DNA of 64,000 nt from Deferribacterales bacterium (GTDB lineage Bacteria > Chrysiogenota > Deferribacteres > Deferribacterales > Geovibrionaceae): assembly GCA_050251875.1 (NCBI GenBank), contig JBFWMA010000002.1, positions 374,606 through 438,605 of the forward strand. Direction: 5' to 3'. Of this stretch, positions 42,691 through 51,013 are shown in pieces (the first letter of the stretch is position 1; every line of letters begins with the position of its first letter). Made by a program: the position numbers and the translations under genes. Under the pieces are notes generated by a model, which saw only the letters and a program-made list of their open reading frames with translations, was not told where the DNA came from and ran no database searches.

Positions 42691-43407
42691 TTATATGGCA
42701 ATTACTTTATCAGTATGAAGTAGAATATAAACCTTATTAAACTGATACTTATTTAATTTAGATAAATCATCGGTAATATTCGCTTTCCCTGAATTTAATA
42801 CTTTATTAAAGACAATAAGTAATCTCACATCACCATTATAATGATTATTAGAGCTGTATTTAAAATATTTCTTATTTTTATCATCAATTATTTTTTGAAT
42901 GTAGCTTGTATCTATGTTCCTTACCCATCCACAACAATCACTGAGGCTCATCCACCTTCTGTACCCTGCGAAAACATCAGGTATCCTACATATGTATAGC
43001 TTAATCTTACCCCACATAACTTCAACTCTGTCATATGGCTTGGATATATTGTGATTAACCAGCTTTTCAACAATTTCATCAATCAGATCTTTACTTAATT
43101 CTCCATATATTTTAACGTTTATTGGAATTTCGTTACGCTCATAATACATCTCTGCGAGTTGATTAATCAGTTTAGTAGTTTCGCTTTCATTTCTTTTAAG
43201 AGCTGAAGCGTTTTGATACCTTTCTCCTTCATCAATAAAAGCAAACCTAACTTCAAGTCCAAAGAATTTTTCTTCACTAACCTTTATAGTAAGATCAGGC
43301 AAATTCTCTTCATCTAAATTCCCGCAAATCATCCAGTTTTCATTTAATTGGATAGATGTTTGTTCAGCATAATATAGCTCAAAGTTTTTTTGTTTAGTTG
43401 TAGTCAT
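42691..43407 (-). CDS. AT-rich hypothetical protein, possible PD-(D/E)XK-like nuclease fold
   Basis: 238-aa ORF in visibly AT-rich DNA; LPDLTI...FFGLEV motif near the N-terminus. Confidence 0.6.
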   Translation of the reverse strand: MTTTKQKNFELYYAEQTSIQLNENWMICGNLDEENLPDLTIKVSEEKFFGLEVRFAFIDEGERYQNASALKRNESETTKLINQLAEMYYERNEIPINVKIYGELSKDLIDEIVEKLVNHNISKPYDRVEVMWGKIKLYICRIPDVFAGYRRWMSLSDCCGWVRNIDTSYIQKIIDDKNKKYFKYSSNNHYNGDVRLLIVFNKVLNSGKANITDDLSKLNKYQFNKVYILLHTDKVIAI

Positions 43408-43434
43408 AACACTCTGAAATATTTGTCAATAATA

Positions 43435-43743
43435 TCATTTGTTAAGCCTTTTCATTGCTGACTTATAAACAGCCAAGTCCTCACGTTTATCAATAGACAC
43501 GACAATAACGACAAGTTTATCGTCCTGAACATAATAAACTAGGCGATACCCCTGTTTTCTGAGTTTGATTTTATAGCAAAACTTTAAATCGCCGTGCAAT
43601 TCTGAACCGGGTGTGTGCGGGTTGATAAGCCTTTTCTTTAACGCTTTACGAAGAACTTCCTTAACACTGCCGTCCAGATTATTCCACTCTTCCAGCGCTT
43701 CAGACAAGAACTTAAGCGTGTATTGACTGTCAGATGTCGTCAA
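43435..43743 (-). CDS. RelE/StbE family toxin
   Basis: Y.LKF...ALEEW..LD...YKIKLR..GYRLVY.V.D....V.V....KRE...VY pattern. Confidence 0.93.
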   Translation of the reverse strand: MTTSDSQYTLKFLSEALEEWNNLDGSVKEVLRKALKKRLINPHTPGSELHGDLKFCYKIKLRKQGYRLVYYVQDDKLVVIVVSIDKREDLAVYKSAMKRLNK

Positions 43744-43981
43744 TGTCTACCTCAACGGCAGAGGAGAGATTTTCAAGTCTGGTTCTGACTTTTTCGACAA
43801 GTTCTTTGTCTGAAATCTCTTCAAGCATAGCCTCGAACACTTTCGGGCTAACCATATAGAAAGCAGGACGGTTATGGCTGAGAACAGCCACAGGTTTTTC
43901 TCCTGCGTTTCTAATGACCTCCGCTGGATTCTTTTTAAATTCTGATATACTTACAGAGTAGTCAGCTAAAATTGATTCCAT
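43730..43981 (-). CDS. Phd/YefM-family (StbD/YafN-like) antitoxin
   Basis: SISEFKKNP......PVAVL.HNRPAFY; upstream of and overlapping the RelE gene; GGAGG SD. Confidence 0.93.
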   Translation of the reverse strand: MESILADYSVSISEFKKNPAEVIRNAGEKPVAVLSHNRPAFYMVSPKVFEAMLEEISDKELVEKVRTRLENLSSAVEVDIDDI

Positions 43982-44314
43982 TTAAGCCTCCATTTTATAT
44001 CTAAATATAGAGCTTAATAAAGATTCTTGCAAGTATATTCACTGGCACTCTCGAATGAGCCTAATAAACCTCTGTGCGCTCATAACTAATAAAAATAGTA
44101 ACTTCCGATGTCGTTCTCACGATAATTTTATTATAAAATTTCATAATTATACAAGCAAGTTATGCTTCATACAGAATCTCTCATCTTAGTAAAAAATATT
44201 ATTAATTCATATCAATAGTTTTAAGCGTATTCTAAAAATTTAGTAAAAAATCGCAACGTAAAACTAATCCTCCGGTGTTACTATTGTGTTAAGTATTTTT
44301 TCAGGAGGATAACC

Positions 44315-44791
44315 ATGTCACTAAATATGCTTATAGGAATTGACTTCACACTGCTCGGGGCAGATCTTAACGCCGGATATATGAAAACAGAAAACGGCTA
44401 CAAAATTTATCTCGTACAGCCTGATTCCGGCGGCAACGAAGCCATATCAATAGCAAAACTGGTTGAAGACGTAAAAACCCTCGTGGGCGGAACTGTTCCG
44501 GAAGGTCTGTCCGAAAAAGCTATTCAGGATAAAATAAGCGCCGCCGGAGACGGCAAAGGCTCAAAAATCGATTTTACCAAGCTCCGCATAAAACTCACCG
44601 CCATCTATCTGAAAGTGTCAAAGGAAGGCGAAACCACCAACGCTGATTACGCTTTCAGATTTGATATTCTGGCAGACGGTATCATTCCCGAATCTATAAA
44701 AGTAGTTAATATCACCAGCGTAACCATTGCGGTATGGAACACTACCAACGAGAAAGTACTCCAACAGCTGGCAATATCCGCGGATATCTGA
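44315..44791 (+). CDS. Hypothetical beta-rich protein (158 aa), first gene of an unannotated operon
   Basis: Strong AGGAGG SD; stop is 1 nt before the next start; alternating hydrophobic strand patterns. Confidence 0.8.
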   Translation: MSLNMLIGIDFTLLGADLNAGYMKTENGYKIYLVQPDSGGNEAISIAKLVEDVKTLVGGTVPEGLSEKAIQDKISAAGDGKGSKIDFTKLRIKLTAIYLKVSKEGETTNADYAFRFDILADGIIPESIKVVNITSVTIAVWNTTNEKVLQQLAISADI

Positions 44792-44792
44792 A

Positions 44793-47700
44793 ATGCCTGA
44801 TAAACCGGTATCAATGATGCTGGGAATAAGGGGAGCCGTATGCGGCTTCCCTCTTCTGGCGAGCATTAAAAGCGTTAACGGTGAAATAGCGTGGTCCGGC
44901 AAGGTTTTCATACGCAACAGCCCTATTACCTCGCTCATGCCTTTCATAGGTGATTCTGCCGGAGGAAGCGTATTTAAACAGTATTCAGACAGCGTTATCA
45001 AAAATATTAACTGCGAAATCGATATATTTCACAACAGCAAAGGCAGCGGCTTCAGGTTTGACGGCGACATACTGAATATCAGCGCCCTGAAATCCGGAAA
45101 CAGTTCAGCCATCCTGCTGAAAATCAACGAAAACAGCAAAACGGAAGGCGCTGACATCGGCAAACTGTTCGACACCATAAAACTGGTAAAAAGTCACCTG
45201 AACATATCAGACCTCTTCGTCATGTTCCGCTCCGGCAGGGAAATTCATATATCCGACCTCTCGTCTCTGGCGAAAACAGCAAAACCGCCTTCAGACGCTG
45301 ACATTTACGACATCATGGTATACGGCAGATTTGTATTTGACGGTAAAAATATAGTCTCTCAGGCATTTAAAGAGATTTTCGGCATTGCGGAACTCACTCT
45401 TTTTCTGGGCGCAGACACCACAGGCACAGGAAAATTCGCCTGTATGCTGGTAATGCCCGAGATATCCGGAAAGCTCATCTCCACTCAGGATTTTTATCTG
45501 AAAGCTGAATTCAGCAACGGCGTAAACTTCACAGTCAGCGGCACCTTTCAGATCAACGCGTCCTTTCTCAGCGGGGTAAAATTCAGAGCCAACAGCAGTT
45601 TTTCTCCGACAGGATTTCTCATTGCCGGAGAGATGCTTACAGATGCCCCCATAAAGATCAGCGAAGGGATATCTCTGGGCGGCATAGTGCTGAGCATCGG
45701 TTTTGAAAAAGGTGTCTCTGTCGGCTTTATATCAACACTCTACATCCGCAAACTGTCCGTGTTTTCCGCTATGGCGCTGGAAATAATGGGGGAAGCGGTC
45801 AACCCTCTCCTGCTCTGCGCCGCTCTCAATAAACTCTCTATCCCTGATTTATTCGAAAATCTCACAGGTATAAGCATCCCAGAGATGCGTGTGCTTGACT
45901 TCATACAGATAAACGGATTCGGCATTGACATCTCAAAACCTTTTGACGTTGCGAAAATCGCTAAGAACGATACCAATTACGCAGTGAGCCATTTCTCAGA
46001 AGCGGTAGCAGACAAAAACCTCGCACTGTCGCAGGGCAATGTAAAAATCCAGCCGTTCGGCGGCGGCTATATGCTCACAGATACAGCGAAAATGCGTCTC
46101 TTCACCATCAGCGCCGAGGGCAAATTACAGCTTAACGCCCAGTTCTATTTCTCAGACGTGATCGGTGAGAAACAGTTCGGCAGTTATAAAGTGAGCGCCG
46201 GGATATTTGTCAGCGGGGTTGTGAGTGTTTTCGATATCAGGTTCGCCCTGCTCATATCCTACCGGGTGAATGACGGTCTGGTGGCGTTCGCCAAAATAGA
46301 CGCTTTCGATATAAAGATCGGCGGGTTCAGCCTGTGCAAAATATCCGGATCAAAGGCGAAACAGGATCTGATCCCCTTGCCGGAGAAAAGCATCGTCAAA
46401 CAGTTCATACAGAACAAAAATGACGGAGTGGTCTTCTTTCTCTCAGCGGGCAGGAAAGACATTCAGTTCTATTTCGACGGCAGGATTGAGCTTCTCGGCG
46501 GACTGATAAGTCTGGAATCACGGCTGATGTTTATCAGCGGAAATATCTCTCTGTACGCCTCCATCAATTTTCTGAATATCTTTAAGGCTACCATAAAGAT
46601 CGAGGCTCAATACTCTAACTTCGCTAAAGCAAATTTCTCATTTCTCATATCCATCGATACAAGCGGTCTGGAAAATTTACTGAAAGGTGTCACAGACAGG
46701 ATAAACAGGGCTATCGAAAACCTGCGCAACAGTATTCAGGGCGCTCAGAAATCACTGGACAGCGCACAGCAGAACGTTAATTCGCTGAACCAGCAGATAA
46801 ACAATTTTAACGGTATGATTCAGGGCTGTATAAACGCCATAAACTCCGCCAGCTGGCTGACAAAAGCGTTTGTGGCGATAGCAAAAGGAGCGGAAATAGC
46901 CGCTTATGAGATAGCGAAAGCGGGAATCTATGTGGCTATAGGCACCGCCACCGCCGCTCTGGAGATAGCGAAAGCGGCTGTTAGTCTGGCGGGAAAAATC
47001 AGCGAAGAGGTTCTTCAGCTGGTTAACGGAGTCATCACAGCGGCCGCCTCCCTGCTGATGATACATAAAATGGAGATAACAGCCTATGTCTCGCCCGGAC
47101 AGCAGACGTTCAAAGCGTCTATAAGTTTCAGAGCCATAGGCAAGGAATACAACATCGAGACAGAGTTCAAGCACGGAATCAGTGCCGATTCGCTGAAAAA
47201 CAGCGCAACCGACAGCATGAACAGCACAATGGAGAGCGATCTCCAGTCACTGGAAAAAGGTCAGCCCGCCAGAAGACTGAAGGCGCTGAAATTTCAGATT
47301 CCGGATCATGAACAACAGAAATCCAGTCTGGCAAACGCCATCGATGTATTGCAGAACGCCGGACACATAATGAACTATATGCAGGCGGAATATAAAAACG
47401 AATTCGGAGAGGATTTCTCAGGATTTCAGGAGCTCAGGCGGTCTTTCGCGGATACTCTGTCTCTGGTTAACCAGTCAATGCAGACCACAGGCAGAGCTGT
47501 CGACATCGCCTCTCTGGAACAAACAGTAAACGGAATGAACGGTCTGCTGGACACCAGAGACGATCTCACCGACAGCGACAGAGCGAATATCAGCGGCGCG
47601 TCAGAAACGTATATCCGTCTGAAAGAACTGCACGACAGTGTCAGCCAGGCTATGCCCACCGTGGAACAGGTTATGCAGGACGCTGATAACGTCAGCCCGG

Positions 47701-47957
47701 TGTTTATAAGAGCAACGAGAGCCAAAACTATGAAGCCGGAGAAGAGCATGCCGGCATACATGCAGAAACTCGCCGATGAAATACAAAGAAGGTTTTATAC
47801 CCCGCAAGACAACGGATATATCAATCTGGCAAAAGAACCGGTGGTAATCAACAGCATAAACGAAACCATCGAACAGTTTGGCGGACAACCGGCCCCACGG
47901 GCAAGAGCCAGAATGAAAAGAACCATAGAAGACGCCTACACCCCCAGAATAAGCTAG
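44793..47957 (+). CDS. Large hypothetical protein (~1054 aa): beta-rich region, coiled coil, Ala-rich hydrophobic helices, helical C-terminus
   Basis: Uninterrupted 3.2-kb ORF. Start re-called at ATG 44793, immediately after the upstream stop. No recognisable catalytic motif or signal peptide. Confidence 0.85.
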   Translation: MPDKPVSMMLGIRGAVCGFPLLASIKSVNGEIAWSGKVFIRNSPITSLMPFIGDSAGGSVFKQYSDSVIKNINCEIDIFHNSKGSGFRFDGDILNISALKSGNSSAILLKINENSKTEGADIGKLFDTIKLVKSHLNISDLFVMFRSGREIHISDLSSLAKTAKPPSDADIYDIMVYGRFVFDGKNIVSQAFKEIFGIAELTLFLGADTTGTGKFACMLVMPEISGKLISTQDFYLKAEFSNGVNFTVSGTFQINASFLSGVKFRANSSFSPTGFLIAGEMLTDAPIKISEGISLGGIVLSIGFEKGVSVGFISTLYIRKLSVFSAMALEIMGEAVNPLLLCAALNKLSIPDLFENLTGISIPEMRVLDFIQINGFGIDISKPFDVAKIAKNDTNYAVSHFSEAVADKNLALSQGNVKIQPFGGGYMLTDTAKMRLFTISAEGKLQLNAQFYFSDVIGEKQFGSYKVSAGIFVSGVVSVFDIRFALLISYRVNDGLVAFAKIDAFDIKIGGFSLCKISGSKAKQDLIPLPEKSIVKQFIQNKNDGVVFFLSAGRKDIQFYFDGRIELLGGLISLESRLMFISGNISLYASINFLNIFKATIKIEAQYSNFAKANFSFLISIDTSGLENLLKGVTDRINRAIENLRNSIQGAQKSLDSAQQNVNSLNQQINNFNGMIQGCINAINSASWLTKAFVAIAKGAEIAAYEIAKAGIYVAIGTATAALEIAKAAVSLAGKISEEVLQLVNGVITAAASLLMIHKMEITAYVSPGQQTFKASISFRAIGKEYNIETEFKHGISADSLKNSATDSMNSTMESDLQSLEKGQPARRLKALKFQIPDHEQQKSSLANAIDVLQNAGHIMNYMQAEYKNEFGEDFSGFQELRRSFADTLSLVNQSMQTTGRAVDIASLEQTVNGMNGLLDTRDDLTDSDRANISGASETYIRLKELHDSVSQAMPTVEQVMQDADNVSPVFIRATRAKTMKPEKSMPAYMQKLADEIQRRFYTPQDNGYINLAKEPVVINSINETIEQFGGQPAPRARARMKRTIEDAYTPRIS

Positions 47958-47970
47958 ACGGAGGACGCCA

Positions 47971-48672
47971 ATGATAGGAATAAACCTGAATGGTGAATAT
48001 GTGACTTTTCCCGATCCCAGATATTTTACTCCTGAAACTCAGCGCAGGTTTGCGTGTGAAGCCGGAGAAGCAATATGTCACAGATTCAGTTATAACGGGA
48101 TTGAGAAAGCGCTTTGTTTTAACATGACACACTTCGACAAGAATACTCTTCAAGCTCTTTTTTCAGCAGTAACAGACGATAACCCACCAGATGCAGGTAA
48201 TATCAATGAAGCCATGGACTTGTTGATGGATACAGATTGGTCGAACGTAATAATTCTGAACAATATACTCAATATTCTGAACAACTGTCAGTTCAACCTG
48301 AAAAAAGGAGACGCCTCATGGAACAGCTCTGTGGGCAACGCTTTTGATCCTTATGAATGGTTTTATCAGGAAAATGAAAGGATTTACTCAAAATATGACG
48401 AAACAAAGAGACCGCCTGTACCGTTATTGCCCCATGACGGGTTTTATCTGACAAATGAAAATGACGGCAGACTGCTGCATAAACTGCTGAACGGAGTCCC
48501 GACATATCCTCAAGACAGCATCGGCATCTTCATGGCTGTGCGGACTGAAGATGAGTATAATTTTATCTACAGCTCATCAAACAAGATACCTTTTATCAAT
48601 GAATCCGCCTCAGAACGTTTGTCCGCAAGTGTTTTTTATCTGTTCAACGGAGAATGGTTTGCATTCAATTAA
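47971..48672 (+). CDS. Hypothetical protein (233 aa), possible HNH-like nuclease motif
   Basis: GGAGG SD, 13 nt after the upstream stop; AICHRFSY ... NLKKGDASWNSSVG. Confidence 0.75.
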   Translation: MIGINLNGEYVTFPDPRYFTPETQRRFACEAGEAICHRFSYNGIEKALCFNMTHFDKNTLQALFSAVTDDNPPDAGNINEAMDLLMDTDWSNVIILNNILNILNNCQFNLKKGDASWNSSVGNAFDPYEWFYQENERIYSKYDETKRPPVPLLPHDGFYLTNENDGRLLHKLLNGVPTYPQDSIGIFMAVRTEDEYNFIYSSSNKIPFINESASERLSASVFYLFNGEWFAFN

Positions 48673-48690
48673 TAACAAGAGGAATACATT

Positions 48691-49746
48691 ATGAATTTTA
48701 CTGACAAAAAGATTGGTCTCGCCCTTTCGGGCGGCGGGGTAAGAGCCATGGCATTTCACGCAGGTCTGCTGAAATATCTGGCGGAAAACAAACTGTTGGC
48801 GCAGGTGACAAATATCTCTTCTGTTTCCGGCGGCAGTCTCTTTACCGGGCTGGTGTTTCATTCCGCCGGCAACAAATGGCCGGGTGACACAGAATACATC
48901 AATATTGTCATGCCGAAGATAAAAAAGCTGATGACGACAGCCTCTCTGCAAAAATCCAGCATGTTGGACCTGCTGAAACCCTCTAACTGGAAAAATATTC
49001 TGAACAGAGGAGAAGTTATCGCCCAGACGATAGAATCCCTTTGGGGGGTAAAATCCGTTCTGTCAGACCTGCCGGAAACACCCGTGTGGACTATCAACGG
49101 CACAACCGGAGAGAACGGACGCAGATTCCGTTTTAAAAAAGGCACAATGGGAGACTATAAAACCGGATACGCAGAGGCAAAAGATTTTAAAACAGCAAAA
49201 GCAATGGCTGTTTCAGCGGCTTTTCCCATAGGAATCGGACCCATAGAGATAGAAACAGGCAAGTATTCATGGGAAAAACAGACAGGATGGAACACAGGGA
49301 TAGTTGAAAAAGTAGTCCCGCCTTATAAAAAAATGCACATATATGACGGCGGGTTATACGACAACCTCGGTTCTGAGTCTTTTTATGACGTTGGAGAACA
49401 AAAAGTTAAATCAAGCGCAAAAAATCTCGATTTCATAATAATATCTGACGCCGGAACACCTTTTGATGATAAACCGCTTCCCGACCCGCTCTCTTTCGGC
49501 AGAGCAGGCAATCTGGTTAACATTCTCATGGATCAGGACAGGTCTCTTCGTGTCAGATCTTTCCAGAACTTTTTAAAAACTCACGAAAACGCCGGAATAT
49601 ATATGTCGCTGGGCGACAACGTACGCGACATGACAAAGGAAGAGATTAAAGTAGCTCAAAACTACCCCACTACACTGGAAAAAATGACTGAAAAGGATTT
49701 TGACATACTGGCTAAATACGGACATCAGGCAGCGTCTCTGAACTAA
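48691..49746 (+). CDS. Patatin-like phospholipase
   Basis: Oxyanion motif LSGGGVRA, nucleophile elbow SVSGG, catalytic DGG (YDGGLYDN); GAGG SD. Confidence 0.92.
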   Translation: MNFTDKKIGLALSGGGVRAMAFHAGLLKYLAENKLLAQVTNISSVSGGSLFTGLVFHSAGNKWPGDTEYINIVMPKIKKLMTTASLQKSSMLDLLKPSNWKNILNRGEVIAQTIESLWGVKSVLSDLPETPVWTINGTTGENGRRFRFKKGTMGDYKTGYAEAKDFKTAKAMAVSAAFPIGIGPIEIETGKYSWEKQTGWNTGIVEKVVPPYKKMHIYDGGLYDNLGSESFYDVGEQKVKSSAKNLDFIIISDAGTPFDDKPLPDPLSFGRAGNLVNILMDQDRSLRVRSFQNFLKTHENAGIYMSLGDNVRDMTKEEIKVAQNYPTTLEKMTEKDFDILAKYGHQAASLN

Positions 49747-49748
49747 AT

Positions 49749-49772
49749 CGGTGCGGGGCAAAACCCGCACCG
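49749..49772. terminator. Hairpin between the convergent patatin and methyltransferase genes (probable terminator)
   Basis: CGGTGCGGG-GCAAAA-CCCGCACCG, 9-bp GC-rich stem. Confidence 0.7.
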
Positions 49773-49776
49773 CATA

Positions 49777-50541
49777 TTATCTATTAAAGACTATCAGCTC
49801 AAAGCGACCGTTGATTTTGAAAGAGATATTGCCGTCAGCGCTCTCGAATTTTCTGACAGCCTCAGCTATCTCAGAGTTATCCGCGTCCACGCCGTAAGCC
49901 TCCAGCTCGTCCAGACAATAGTCCACGGCGCCCTCCCGGCTCAGCGTTTTTATGCGCTCCTCGTCAAAAACTTTTGAGAAATATTCAATCCCCTTGCCGT
50001 CCAGCCACTGCTTCATGTTTCTGGAGTTGTCAAAGATCTTTGCCGTTGCCTTGTGCCTGCTGACGATATCGGCGAGCAGCTCAACATCCCTCCTGCCGCC
50101 CCATCCGAGATAAATCACGGACTCTCCGGCGCAGGAAAACACCCGTTCATAATCTTCAAATGTTCTGACGGCGGGTGTCATTGTCGCCATAACGATATCC
50201 CACTTTCTGCCGTCAGCCACATATTCGTCCCACGGACACTCGACTATATCTATATTGCCGCAGCCCTCTTTCCGGGCATCATCAGCCAGAATCTTCAGCA
50301 TCTCTCCGGAAATATCCAGAGCTGTGACGGATGAAGCCTCTTTCGCCGCGCGGATAGTATATTTTCCTGTGCCGCAGCCGATATCCAGCACGCTTCGCCC
50401 TGTGAAATCTATCCCCGCCTCTTTCATGGTTCTGAATATTTCCGCCTCAAGAACGTCCTCACGCCCGTCATATCTGCCGTATGTGGCGGATTTTCTCTTC
50501 CAGCGCTGTATCATAAAAGAATGTTTTTCGTTTTTCATCAT
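49777..50541 (-). CDS. Class I SAM-dependent methyltransferase
   Basis: VLDIGCGTG, ALDIS.EML and WDIVMA motifs. Confidence 0.9.
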   Translation of the reverse strand: MMKNEKHSFMIQRWKRKSATYGRYDGREDVLEAEIFRTMKEAGIDFTGRSVLDIGCGTGKYTIRAAKEASSVTALDISGEMLKILADDARKEGCGNIDIVECPWDEYVADGRKWDIVMATMTPAVRTFEDYERVFSCAGESVIYLGWGGRRDVELLADIVSRHKATAKIFDNSRNMKQWLDGKGIEYFSKVFDEERIKTLSREGAVDYCLDELEAYGVDADNSEIAEAVRKFESADGNISFKINGRFELIVFNR

Positions 50542-50588
50542 TAACTCCGGACACAGTATAGCACATCAGCATGATATACCCAAAAGAG

Positions 50589-50903
50589 TTAATCGGCACC
50601 CGCTGTTTTTTCCAGCCGGACAGTGCATTTGCCGCATATTTTCAGAGAATAGACCACCTCCTGATCCGCTCTGTCTTTATTATCCGGATTAAGGTCATCC
50701 AGAGAAACATTCAGAATATCCGCTATCCGGCACAATGTAAAAAAATCCGGCAGACGGGCTCCGGTCAGATAATTGCTGAGTCTGGAAGGAGATACCCCGA
50801 GGGAAAAGGCGAACCGCACCTGATTCATGCCGGACATGCTGATATGTTCCCGGATGAGCTGTCCCAGTCTCACAGCGTTTCTCTCATATCTTTTCTCTGC
50901 CAT
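50589..50903 (-). CDS. XRE-family HTH transcriptional regulator
   Basis: GMNQVRFAFSLGVSPSRLSNYLTGARLPD...IADILNVSLDDL; ATG 50903 with GGAG SD. Confidence 0.88.
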   Translation of the reverse strand: MAEKRYERNAVRLGQLIREHISMSGMNQVRFAFSLGVSPSRLSNYLTGARLPDFFTLCRIADILNVSLDDLNPDNKDRADQEVVYSLKICGKCTVRLEKTAGAD

Positions 50904-50960
50904 AGCTAACTCCATTTTATATTTACTTAGTCATCATTACATGTATAATAAAACATAACA

Positions 50961-50990
50961 CATATTATTGCATATGCTATATTATGTCAA
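50961..50990 (-). promoter_or_regulatory. Leftward sigma70 promoter with overlapping candidate operators
   Basis: Minus strand: TTGACA (50990-85), 17-nt spacer, TAATAT (50967-62). CATA-N8-TATG occurs at 50961-76 and 50971-86. Confidence 0.6.
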
Positions 50991-51013
50991 TATGTTTATT
51001 ACATACGGTACAT

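Noticed and set aside
48253..48284. Short direct repeat ATTCTGAACAA in the 233-aa gene
   Set aside because: Only two copies, in frame (ILNNILNILNN); a coding micro-duplication rather than an array.
44315..49746. CBASS assignment because of the patatin
   Set aside because: No CD-NTase motif (GS plus DxD nucleotidyltransferase) and no Cap2/Cap3-like gene is recognisable in the operon.
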